A stretch of DNA of 63,416 bases, filler included, from Neolecta irregularis DAH-3 (taxonomy: Eukaryota): the NCBI GenBank assembly GCA_001929475.1. It is 10 parts of 10 records of this genome, joined end to end, with 100 filler letters (N's around TTAATTAATTAA, not from the genome) between each part and the next. Parts side by side here need not be neighbours in the genome. Positions count along the whole stretch, not along the records: positions 52,608 to 57,669 come from LXFE01002978.1; positions 57,770 to 60,089 come from LXFE01002984.1; positions 60,190 to 61,429 come from LXFE01002992.1; positions 61,530 to 63,416 come from LXFE01002997.1; 6 more parts are not named here. The stretch is one strand, 5' to 3'. Shown here piece after piece: positions 53,893-63,416 of this stretch (the stretch's first letter is position 1; every line of letters begins with the position of its first letter). The notes under the pieces were generated by a model. That model ran no database searches. It saw only the letters and a list, made by a program, of their open reading frames with translations, and was not told where the DNA came from. The translations under genes and the position numbers were made by a program.

Positions 53893-53949
53893 TACTCGGC
53901 GCCCTCTGCGCTGCCCACGCTCGGCTCGACGCATCTCGACGACCCGCAG

Positions 53950-53981
<32 letters not shown>

Positions 53982-54709
53982 GGCGTCGCCCGTGCGCAGC
54001 CCCAGCTCGCACACATCGACGACGCTCACTGCCACGGCCGCCCGGCGCCGCAGCAGCAGCCGCCTCGAACAGTCGCAGCCGCAGCCCGCAGACCCGCCCG
54101 CGTCCCAGCAGCACGCCGCATCCTCCCTCTCCATCAAGAACCTGCTCGAGGGCATGGTCCCGCCCATCAAAGTCCTCATCGTCGAAGGTGCGTGCTCCGG
54201 CAACCACCCCCCGCTGAGCCAAGACAACCCCATCAACCAGCAGATCCTCATCGTGTTCATGAAGAAGCGCGACATCCACTACGAAGTCGCCTCAAACGGC
54301 CAGGAGGCTGTAGACAAATGGGCAAACGGAACATTCCACCTCATCCTCGTACGCACCTGCTCCCCTCTCGGGCTAACCCACCTCCTCCAAGATGGACATC
54401 CAGCTTCCAGTAAAATCAGGCATCGACGCAACAAAAGAAATCAGAGACACAGAACGCGCCCGCACTTCAAAATCATTCCCCGTCATCATTGTCGCCTTGA
54501 CCGCAAGTTCATTCAACAGCGATCGCCACGAAGCACTGGCCGCTGGCTGCAATGACTACCTCACAAAGCCAGTCTCCCTCGTCTGGCTTGAACGCAAGAT
54601 CTCAGAGGTCTCTTTCTGCACATAGTCCCCCTTGCTGACTGCCTAGTGGGGCTGCATGCAGGCTTTAATCGATCACCAAGGCTGGGCCAGATGGAAACGC
54701 AAAGAATAA
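53893..54709 (+). CDS. SSK1: Response regulator Ssk1/Mcs4, C-terminal part (polyQ plus receiver domain); 5' part missing
   Basis: VPPIKVLIVE-DNPINQ, FHLIL-MDIQLP, PVIIVALTASS, AAGCNDYLTKPV, E-WGCMQALID. Confidence 0.9.
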
Positions 54710-56070
54710 AGTTTCTAATTGAATCAACTTGTGGGATTGTTTGCGTATCTAATTTTTCTTTTTGGCAGTTGTTTATTTCTCCCATATGGCACGACTCTCT
54801 CTCCTCCTCTCTCTTCCTCTCGTTTGCGTATTTCAATGGATCTTGTAATATAGTTGTCCGAATAGGAAACCTTCATTCAATGAATTGTAAATAAAGTATA
54901 CATTTGAAAAGGATACAGTATGAAAGATATAAAGTAAATGTATACAAGTACAAGGAAACACTGCGCCAGCAACAAAATTAGAAAGCACGGGGTATTCTCT
55001 TCTAGCTTCGAACTTGTTCACTTAGATCCAGCTTATCCGCTACTTCCTGAATCCCAAGGATCTCGATAGGACCAGCCTTGTTCGTCCATCCCATATTAAG
55101 TGTTAGCACACAGGTCCCAATCAGTGTTCACGGTGACTTTTGACTGCTTTGACGAATGGTAGGTGGAAATGGGGTTGGAGTTTGTTGTGCAAGGGCAGGG
55201 CCTTGACGAGGAATCAAATTATCAAAGACTTGACTCGCTATTCAGACAGTATCCTCGTCTATATAAAAGAGGCCTTCGCAGCCCTTTATCCTATCCGCAG
55301 AACACACACTATGCCAAGTGGCTCGGAAAAACAAAGATGACAAAGTAAGAAAGTATACGAGAGACCTATGGCGAGCCAGACAGATCCAATGACCTAGTTA
55401 GTCAAAGTTAAGTAGAATCGCGTCGTTGGTTTGGCTGACCGCGTGCTGAAGACGTCTAAAAATGCCGCGCAAGATAGTTGAGGTAAATGATGTGACGATA
55501 TGGGATAGTGATGGGAGTTCTGAAGGAGCGGGAGGGGATAACTATTGGGGTAGATAGAGATGGTGGTAGAGGGTAGAGGTGAGGGAGGAGATGAAGTTTG
55601 TCACTGTAACAGGATAATGAAGAAATGCGTGTTTCCGTTACTTGCGACAAGCGGTTCCTGTTGAGCTGTCGTTGGTTGCGCAGTGGCTAGTAGTCTCACA
55701 TTTCACGTGTGCGCTCTCTAACCCTCCTTTCAAAAAAAGGACTTGCATTTGGCTTTATTTTGATTCAATCCTCTTACTAGCCATTTCCTCTACCTGAATC
55801 TGAATTTCTATCTCATCACAACGATACCTGTAATTACGTAAGATTTGAAAATATGGAGATAACAGTCTCCTGTCACTAGTTAACCCAAATGGATCTAAAT
55901 CATGGTGAAACATTTGCTTCTGTAATGGAGCAGCACTATCTCCCAGCCAGACATACAGACCATTAGGTTAGAAAAAACCCTAGAGTAACACTAAAATCCT
56001 TTCCAAGAATATACAAATTGCGTTGAGGTACATATACCCCATCATCAAACAGATACATCAATATACAGCT

Positions 56071-57082
56071 ATGTCTTCTGCTGTACAACCTCGTACTTTT
56101 GTTTACAAGACTGTCGATGGCCTGGATATTCACTTGGATGTATACGCTCCCAAAGTCGAGCCACAGACACCTCGACCTGTTGTTCTCTTCTTCCATGGAG
56201 GATTCCTGGTAGCTATATGGATCCTTGTACAAGACTTGATCTGATAGATTTTTGGATCTCGTGATTCGCTTTTTCCTTCATGGTTCATGAAAGATGTTCT
56301 TTCAAAAGGATCTGTCTTCGTCTCCGCTGATTACCGGCTTCTCCCCGAGGTTGATGGCTTCGATGTATTGCAAGATGCTCAAGATGCAGTAGCTTGGATT
56401 CGAACGTCCCTGAATCTCAAGCTTTCTGAGCTCGGAATTGAGTCTGTCGATCCAGAGAACTTGGTCATTTCCGGGGCAAGTGCTGGTATAATACCATCTT
56501 CCTTAACAAACTGATTTTTCATGTGGCTATCTCGCGGCCATTACTGCTGCTCAGGTAGATCCGCGTCCTAAAGCTGTTGTCGCACTCTATGGCATGTTTG
56601 ATGTGACTTCGCCGCGCTACTCAGAGCCAGGCTCCCTCGGTTACGTATACAAGTCGCCGTCTGTCGATCCTGAAAGTTACAATGATTTCTTCAAGGATAG
56701 CAAGCCAATTGCTTATAGCCCGCTTGAGAGTGTGGACTACACAAAGCAAAACCGAGCGTTTAGCTGCTTTACCTTTCTTGAGAAGGGAATTTACACTAAA
56801 ACCCTGTTTGGTAACAAAGTTGGAATGACGTACGACAATCTGGTTCCCACAAAGATTATCGATTCCTCTTATCCTGCTACTTTTGCTATACACGGAAGCG
56901 CTGACACTATTGTTCCAGCATGCGAATCAAGAGATTTTGTTGCTAGTCTCGAAGCCGCTGGTGTCAAGCAGGAATTCGTCATTGTACCAGGAGCAGAGCA
57001 CCTCTTTGACATTGAAGAAACTGAGAAGTTTTATGATGGCTATCTATCAAAGGCAATCATATTCATTGACGCTCAAGAATAG
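56071..57082 (+). CDS. Alpha/beta hydrolase (HSL-like esterase); second intron lacks a canonical acceptor
   Basis: LFFHGGFL, SADYRLLPE, SGASAG-GYLA, IHGSADTIVP, GAEHLFD. Confidence 0.85.
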
Positions 57083-57124
57083 ATGCCAGTTAAACTGTAG
57101 AAGGGTATTTTTTCATCTTGACAA

Positions 57125-57669
57125 TGTTGAAACTCATTTGTCACATATTGCAGTATTCAGTATTCCACCGCCCGCCCGGCCAAGCCTGCTGCACCCTCAT
57201 TATCCCCGGCGACATCGTCCTCCTCGCCCGCCACGCCCATCTTCAGCCTCTCCACCAGACTGCCGCTACTACTCGGCATGCCATCGCCACCCAGTCGAGG
57301 ATCCCGCTCCAGCTCCGCCGCTTCATCCTCTGCCTGCCTTTCGATTTCCTGACTGGCCACTTGCCCGAGTTCAGTGCTGCTGTGGCTGCTATGGCTACAC
57401 ATACTACTATGTTATCCAGACCACTCTCGTCCCGAGAAACCCTAACCCGCCCTTGCTGCCCTGCATTTCCCGCCCGTTACTGGTCGCCTTCGCCTGTTAT
57501 CGCCCCACCCTCCTTGCCCATTACCGCTTGTCCTCCTCGCCTGTTATCGCCCTCCACCTCTTACTACTCGCCCTCTTTAATGGGCCGGGCTAAGCCCATG
57601 GCTCATCCGCATCACTGAACCAAGCTCATTTGTACTTCAGCGATCACTTACAACAATATACTTATACTC
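57125..57669 (+). repeat. Repeat family R1, longest copy; possibly an LTR (TGTTG...CAACA)
   Basis: Homologous to 22866-23099 and 52608-52758; TGTTG at 57125, and the 52.7-kb copy ends in CAACA; left boundary inferred. Confidence 0.75.
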
Positions 57670-58917
57670 NNNNNNNNNNNNNNNNNNNNNNNNNNNNNNN
57701 NNNNNNNNNNNNNTTAATTAATTAANNNNNNNNNNNNNNNNNNNNNNNNNNNNNNNNNNNNNNNNNNNNGAGGGTGAGTGGATCGAGTGAGGGTGAGTGG
57801 CAGGGCTACGTCAGGTAAGACGCCAGGATCAGGTGGAACAGTAGTGACTGCGGAAGGTATAGATGCGGGTTGAGCCGCCTATTGCATTCAATAATGCACT
57901 AAAAGACATTCGATCCTCGCGGCAGCCTCCCAAAGCGGCCCCCACACCAGGGACCTGACTGGAAGCAGCTGAGCATTCTGGTGACGCTGCAGCCAGGTAG
58001 AGGCAGGCTCGTGAGAGCAGGCGGGGCGGGGACAATTCTTCGACTTGGCCCCTCGCATATGGAGACCTGTCTCCCAGTGAGCAATGAATGTACATGAATA
58101 TCGTACAAGTAAGACAAATAACTACAAATAGTTGATTTTTCATCATGATCATGTCAATTGAAGATGACTGGGCCTTGTCCGGGGGGAGGGCTGCCGTGGC
58201 TACCCGAACCAGCCGTCTTGCGTTCGTCAACTTGATTCTGGTCTGGGATTACCCAAAATGGGTTGAGTCGATGGAGGCCTTATTATCCTTCAAAGGAGTA
58301 TGTTCGAAATTTTAACCTTTGGCCGTTGGTATTATGACTTGTAGGCGGGATCGATGCCACAGCTGCAAGTAGCTCTGGCTAAGGCGGCAGTATTAATGAT
58401 AAGCTGTCTGTATGTGCTAGGATCGTCATGAAGGGGAGCCATTGGGACATGTCGAGGGAGATGAGGTTGAAATTGATGGAGGGGAAGGACGAGTGTTAGC
58501 CTTGCCACTCCCGCTGTCCTCACTGATATTTCCTCATAAAAACGGAATTTAATTGAAACATGTGTGATTATCAAAAATAAATAAATTAAACACATCCAAG
58601 TCTACAACGAAATAATCCTTTCAACTCAGCAGTAAATATCGAATATTTCCTTACTCGCAGCTCCACCCGACTGCCACAGTGCTGCGGCATCCCTACACCC
58701 CAGACAACTATGCAGCTTCCCCGGAATACTCACCATACAGTATCCCCTTGACATGGGCCACAAGGCATCAGTACCCTCCTCGTTCTCCTCCTCGTTCTCA
58801 TTCAGTGGCACGAATCCACTACTCATCCTCGAAAACAAAATTGATGCACCTGGTTCGATATCTGAGGAAGAACTGAGAACAGGGCTCAATCTGATTTACA
58901 CTACTGGAAATAATAAA

Positions 58918-59275
58918 GACCGCTGAAAGCCGCCTCGATGTCTTCTAATCAGAGGATACTTTTCTCCGGCGCATTTGTCAATAAATGGTTTAAACGGTCA
59001 TCAGTCAATCCTCTTTTCGAAAGATTTAATATGCAGATGTTGTAATTCAAATGACCCGCCAAAGCTTGTATAAAGCTACTCTTTCCACTACCAGGTATAA
59101 ATCGAAACCCAGAAGCAACACTGCCGTTGTCAAATTGTTTAAAACTGGGTTCAATAGCTAATTGGTGCGATGATCGAGATTGTTGTTTAGCCATCCAATG
59201 TAAAAACCAATTGTAACTTTTATCCCGAGAGGATATTTCGAGTGTTACCAGGAGATGTCGTTTTATGTGTCAAGC
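58918..59275 (-). pseudogene. BCS1: BCS1 AAA chaperone pseudogene fragment with a large internal deletion
   Basis: [24 protein letters not shown] fused directly to [33 protein letters not shown]. Confidence 0.88.
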
Positions 59276-60978
59276 CGTGAATTGAAAATTGTTTCAACAG
59301 AGCAAGGGAAGCGCCTTGACCCATTACCCCGAATCCCTAGACTTAAGATTATCTTTTGCAAGGTTTGAATTAGGTACATCAGAGAAGTACTATGCCCTTA
59401 GAAGTGCGATGAGACCAAGTGTTATAAAGCCTAAGGAAACGTACTTCTACAAAGGGACATACCTAGCGTAAGTAAACGTTCTTGGCTAGGTAAGTCTAGC
59501 TGCCGTCTTTATATACAATCTCTTGCAAGTCTCTTTACCTAGTTGGTGCAGTATTGCCGTATTGGTAAGGGTATACCCGAGGGGCATATCCTTACTGCAA
59601 TTAGTCAGTGTGGGGACTATCAAGTCCCACCGCCCCCACACAACGGTACTCACAAAGTCAGACATAGAGGACGCCACAAGCTGGGTTACTCTAACCGTAA
59701 CCAGTCCAGGACTTTGGATCCCGTTGTGGATAGGGTTCCACAGGGACCAGTCAGATGACCGGACGGTGGCGCGCAGGACGGGTATATAGGTAGCGCCCAG
59801 CGCGGTTAGCGAGCTAGGCTTGACACTGTATATTAATACCAACGGTTATTATCATTAACAACCGCCGGCGACTATTTACAACTTTAAGGCTCAGCGGAGT
59901 ATAGACCAGACCGGTCAAGTACTCACAGTCGGTGCGAGAATAACAAAAGGGTTAATTAAAGGCCTTTCCACAAGGAGAATAATAGCAACTGAAGAATGGC
60001 CAAATAGAATCAATTTTTATTAACAACTTTTGTTATTTAGTGAATGCCGGATTGCAAACGTTCAAGTCTGAACCAAAAAATGTTGTCCGNNNNNNNNNNN
60101 NNNNNNNNNNNNNNNNNNNNNNNNNNNNNNNNNTTAATTAATTAANNNNNNNNNNNNNNNNNNNNNNNNNNNNNNNNNNNNNNNNNNNNACAGAATGCTC
60201 AGAGTGCAGTCCACTATATTGACGGCAAGCGGAAACCCCCAAATCAACAAATCTTATCACCTTCCTTGTCTCTCTTCCCAAATCTCTCAAATCATGTGGT
60301 CGATCAATTCCCAGTCGCGCCCAGTTCATCTGCAAAATTCTCATTTTCTTCTTCCCAGTCAACACCAATTAAACTGTTTGCTTTTAATCCATCTCCACAG
60401 CCCAAGGAATAAAGATTTCCCTCAACCGCTCAATATTCTGTTTACCCACATTCCAGTACGGTACATTTAATTCACATATTCTCTCGGATGTCTGCCAGGC
60501 AAAGAACACTCATGGGAATTGCTCACATGCAACAAACACTATCGTTATACATAATGGAATAAGGCCTTCTTTCCTTGCACTCATGAAATATTCCGCAAAC
60601 CTCGAGCTATACTCTAGCGCGGCCTCATGACAGCTGTGCTTTCAAAGGCATTCCTGGGAAAGATTGAGAGAGCTGGGACTTTCCAACACAAACTAGTTGG
60701 GAAGAAACATCTTTTTTCTGACATAGAGCAGGACGAATGGTGACAAGATTTGTTGATGTTGAAGGCATAACTACTGAGAAAGAAGACGACTAATTAACAG
60801 ACTATTACTCCATACAATGTAAATATCTTTCTAATTATTCGATAAAATAGTCTCCATCAACTTGAGGTGGCAATCTTGGCGCTAGATCTCCGAGCCATTT
60901 GTAATCACGGGTTAATAATGTAACACGCCAGATTATCCACACAAAAAAACAAAAACACACTTGAAAGCTTTATTTTTA

Positions 60979-61429
60979 ATGATCGTCGTTGATTTTCTTC
61001 CTGCTGGTCAAGTTCCAGCCAACGCAAACGCGCATTGCCCAGGAACTGAATCAGAGCAGCCTGGAAAAGCAGCAAACTGCAAAGGTTGTCCAAACCAGTC
61101 GGTATGCGCTTCCGCTCTCAAAGGACNNNNNNNNNNACGTTGATATTCTTCCTGCTGGTCAAGTTCCAACCAACGCAAACGCGCATTGCCCAGGAACTGA
61201 ATCAGAGCAGGCTGGAAAAGCAGCAAACTGCAAAGGTTGTCCAAACCAGTCGGTATGCGCTTCCGCTCTCAAAGGACCAGATCCAGATTTATCTGCGATC
61301 AAAGAACGAATGAGCGCGGTAAAGCATAAGATCTTGGTGTTAAGTGGGAAGGGTGGCGTGGGCAAGAGTACTTTTACTGCGCAGTTAGCCTGGGCTTTGA
61401 GTCGAGATGAGCGTTCTCAGGTACTTTGA
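60979..61429 (+). CDS. NBP35: Cytosolic Fe-S scaffold Nbp35, 5' part (first about 140 bp duplicated across a 10-N gap)
   Basis: [38 protein letters not shown]. Confidence 0.92.
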
Positions 61430-61529
61430 NNNNNNNNNNNNNNNNNNNNNNNNNNNNNNNNNNNNNNNNNNNNTTAATTAATTAANNNNNNNNNNNNNNN
61501 NNNNNNNNNNNNNNNNNNNNNNNNNNNNN

Positions 61530-61630
61530 TGTCTGTATCTGTCTGTATCTGTCTGTATCTGTCTGTATTTGTATCTGTCTGTATCTGTCTGTATCAATGT
61601 ATTATATCAATGATTATCAATGGATCAATG
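61530..61630. repeat. (tgtctgtatc)n simple repeat
   Basis: About six 10-bp units followed by atcaatg units. Confidence 0.9.
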
Positions 61631-61875
61631 TTTGTAATCCCCAGGTTAAATGGTTGATCGCACGATACGACTTTACGTTATAGAAATATTATACATCCCC
61701 TGATATCACCTCTGCCCTGCCTCCCAGCACCCAACGGCGTCCAGTCTGGCAAGACCATAAAGTACCAGCTGCATGTGGGAACTGCGATTGAGAGCAGTGC
61801 TGCTGCAGAATCATTTCGCATTTCTTCTGCTCAAGCGAAAAGATTGTATTTGGTCCTTGCTGCTCAAGCCATTAA

Positions 61876-62042
61876 GAGTTTATAGTTATACCTAGTCATA
61901 GACACTTGGCTAGGTGCAAGGAGTTACAAACTTGGCTAGGTATGCGAGTTACAAACTTGGCTAGGTGCAAGGAGTTACAAACTTGGCTAGGTATGCGAGT
62001 TACAAACTTGGCTAGGTACAAGGAGTTACAAACTTAGCTAGA
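61876..62042 (+). repeat. Tandem array of gagttacaaacttggctagg (x5) belonging to the hairpin repeat family
   Basis: Units separated alternately by tatgc and tgcaag; leader gagtttatagttatacctag identical to 53789-53808. Confidence 0.9.
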
Positions 62043-63416
62043 AATATCCTGGTCTTGTTGTAACTTCTCTTACACTGTTGCTTCGGCCACTTGAGGATTT
62101 GCTGTACTGGGTATTTGTGAATCTTCTCATTTTTAATTGGTCAAGATCACCTGGATTGAAGACTGTAAATATCTCTACTGGGCTGTGTGGTTGTGAGGGG
62201 ATCCAATTGAGAAGTTTGGTATATTTACTGCAGGTTTGATGAGGCTGGTGATTTGGTGGGCGATTCCACAGGTGGGAGATGGATCACCCCACCGCTTATT
62301 ACTCATCTCTTCATACCCTCAGGTAGTTTACCATTACGGAAGGAAGGCTTGCAATAATATTGCGGCAATCTGATTTGTATTATATAAAGTAGATAGGCGT
62401 TCATTCGCACCCTGAATAATGCTTTCTCTAATTTCTCAAATTTACTATGGGTTAACTGTATTTTCAATTTTGTCAATAAACACCGGTGCACTGGGCGTTT
62501 TTACAAAATCTAGAGTTCCTAATCTCTCGTCCACTCATTCAAGAGAATATCCTGCAGTTACTTTTGTGTCTCAAGCCGTGATGGAAAAGCCCCTTATGAT
62601 CGAAACAAGAAGAGCTCAACAGATGAAAAACAGGTGGCGGAACTCTAGGGGTGAGAGCATCCCTAGGTACCTTGAGAAATATAGGGATAACTGAGAAACC
62701 GAGGCGAAGACATATAACGAGTGTGAATTCGATAAAAGGTGGATTCGTTAAAGAGGTTCCCGATAGCCTTTGGCTGAGATTAGGAAGAGAAAGGGAAAAC
62801 TCCACCGTTCGGTTTCGGCAGCACAAGACTCACTCGGAAAGGCTCGGCCGGCAATAACCAATAAAAGGCGTATATTGTGAGCCAGTGAAATTTACACGTT
62901 CTGATCCCTTTTATTCCGCGTCTCACCCTCAACCCTACAGATTCCTACTTTCGAGTCAGCTCCGACGCCACCACGCCCACAAGCTGCCTCCGTCTCTCCT
63001 CTCAATATCGGAAATTACTATCATAGATCTCACTTGGAAAGTCAGGAGTGCCGCAGCTCCCAGCGATTGTACTCTGACCNNNNNNNNNNCTCGGCTTATT
63101 ACTATCATAGATCTCACTTGGAAAGTCAGGAGTGCCGCAGCTCCCAGCGATTGTACTCTGACCTTCAATATTGTCTCTAATGAGCTCGCTCTTTCCCTTT
63201 CTATTCTTGGTCTCAGTTTCCATGGCAGAACTACATTACAGGGGGGAGAAGGAGTGTTATGTTGAGCGAGATTTGGAAACTACATCAGGTCTCCAATGGA
63301 GTGGATTTGACGTATACAGCCAAGCGGAACAATTGAAGAAACAGTCCGGTTTGCAACAAAGCGGTGCTTGTAGTATCCAAATGTATTGTATCAATGAGTA
63401 TCCAAAATGTATGTAA

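Noticed and set aside
55101-55461. Possible solo LTR (TGTTAG...CTAAAA with TATATAAAAG)
   Set aside because: Imperfect end, no TSD and no second copy in the window
60190-60700. Stop-interrupted protein-like frame on the minus strand
   Set aside because: No recognisable family; cannot be supported as a pseudogene
60987-61276. Nbp35 with a doubled N-terminal Fe-S motif
   Set aside because: The duplicate flanks a 10-N gap; three differences suggest unmerged overlapping ends or haplotypes
61921-62042. CRISPR-like direct-repeat array
   Set aside because: Spacers are only 5-6 nt and alternate; no cas genes; eukaryotic context

Overview
Eukaryotic (fungal) draft-scaffold sequence, not prokaryotic; no rRNA, tRNA or CRISPR array could be supported. 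Bases 1-30.4 kb and 36.4-46 kb are very gene-dense housekeeping DNA with many tiny (about 34-50 nt) spliceosomal introns: mgr2, a METTL6-like methyltransferase, sec2, PDCD5, rav2, spc19, atp18, mrp2, pantothenate kinase, pop5, sos7, erf2, ash1, apa, phosphoserine phosphatase, met16, Rab6, a LAMTOR5-like gene, kei1, rpo41, ndc80, a TRAPPC12-like gene, seipin, rps8 and Hsp110. Sos7, HomolD-like boxes, short introns and retained ash1/TRAPPC12 suggest an early-diverging ascomycete (Taphrinomycotina, Neolecta-like); this is inference. Bases 30.6-36 kb are decayed, nested Ty3/gypsy retrotransposons. Bases 46-63 kb are a repeat-rich mosaic of partial genes, pseudogene fragments and dispersed repeats. 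Nine roughly 100-nt N...TTAATTAATTAA...N blocks are artificial contig linkers, so adjacency across them is not guaranteed. Best leads: (1) an SPX-ACT-ACT-phosphoserine phosphatase fusion joined by a GC-AG intron, lying between an Ap4A phosphorylase and PAPS reductase; (2) very relaxed splice-site usage; (3) two convergent gene pairs whose stop codons interlock over exactly 6 nt; (4) near-total CpG loss confined to retroelements; (5) a covarying hairpin repeat family located near captured host-gene fragments. All gene models, alignments and counts were made by eye, so exon boundaries are approximate.
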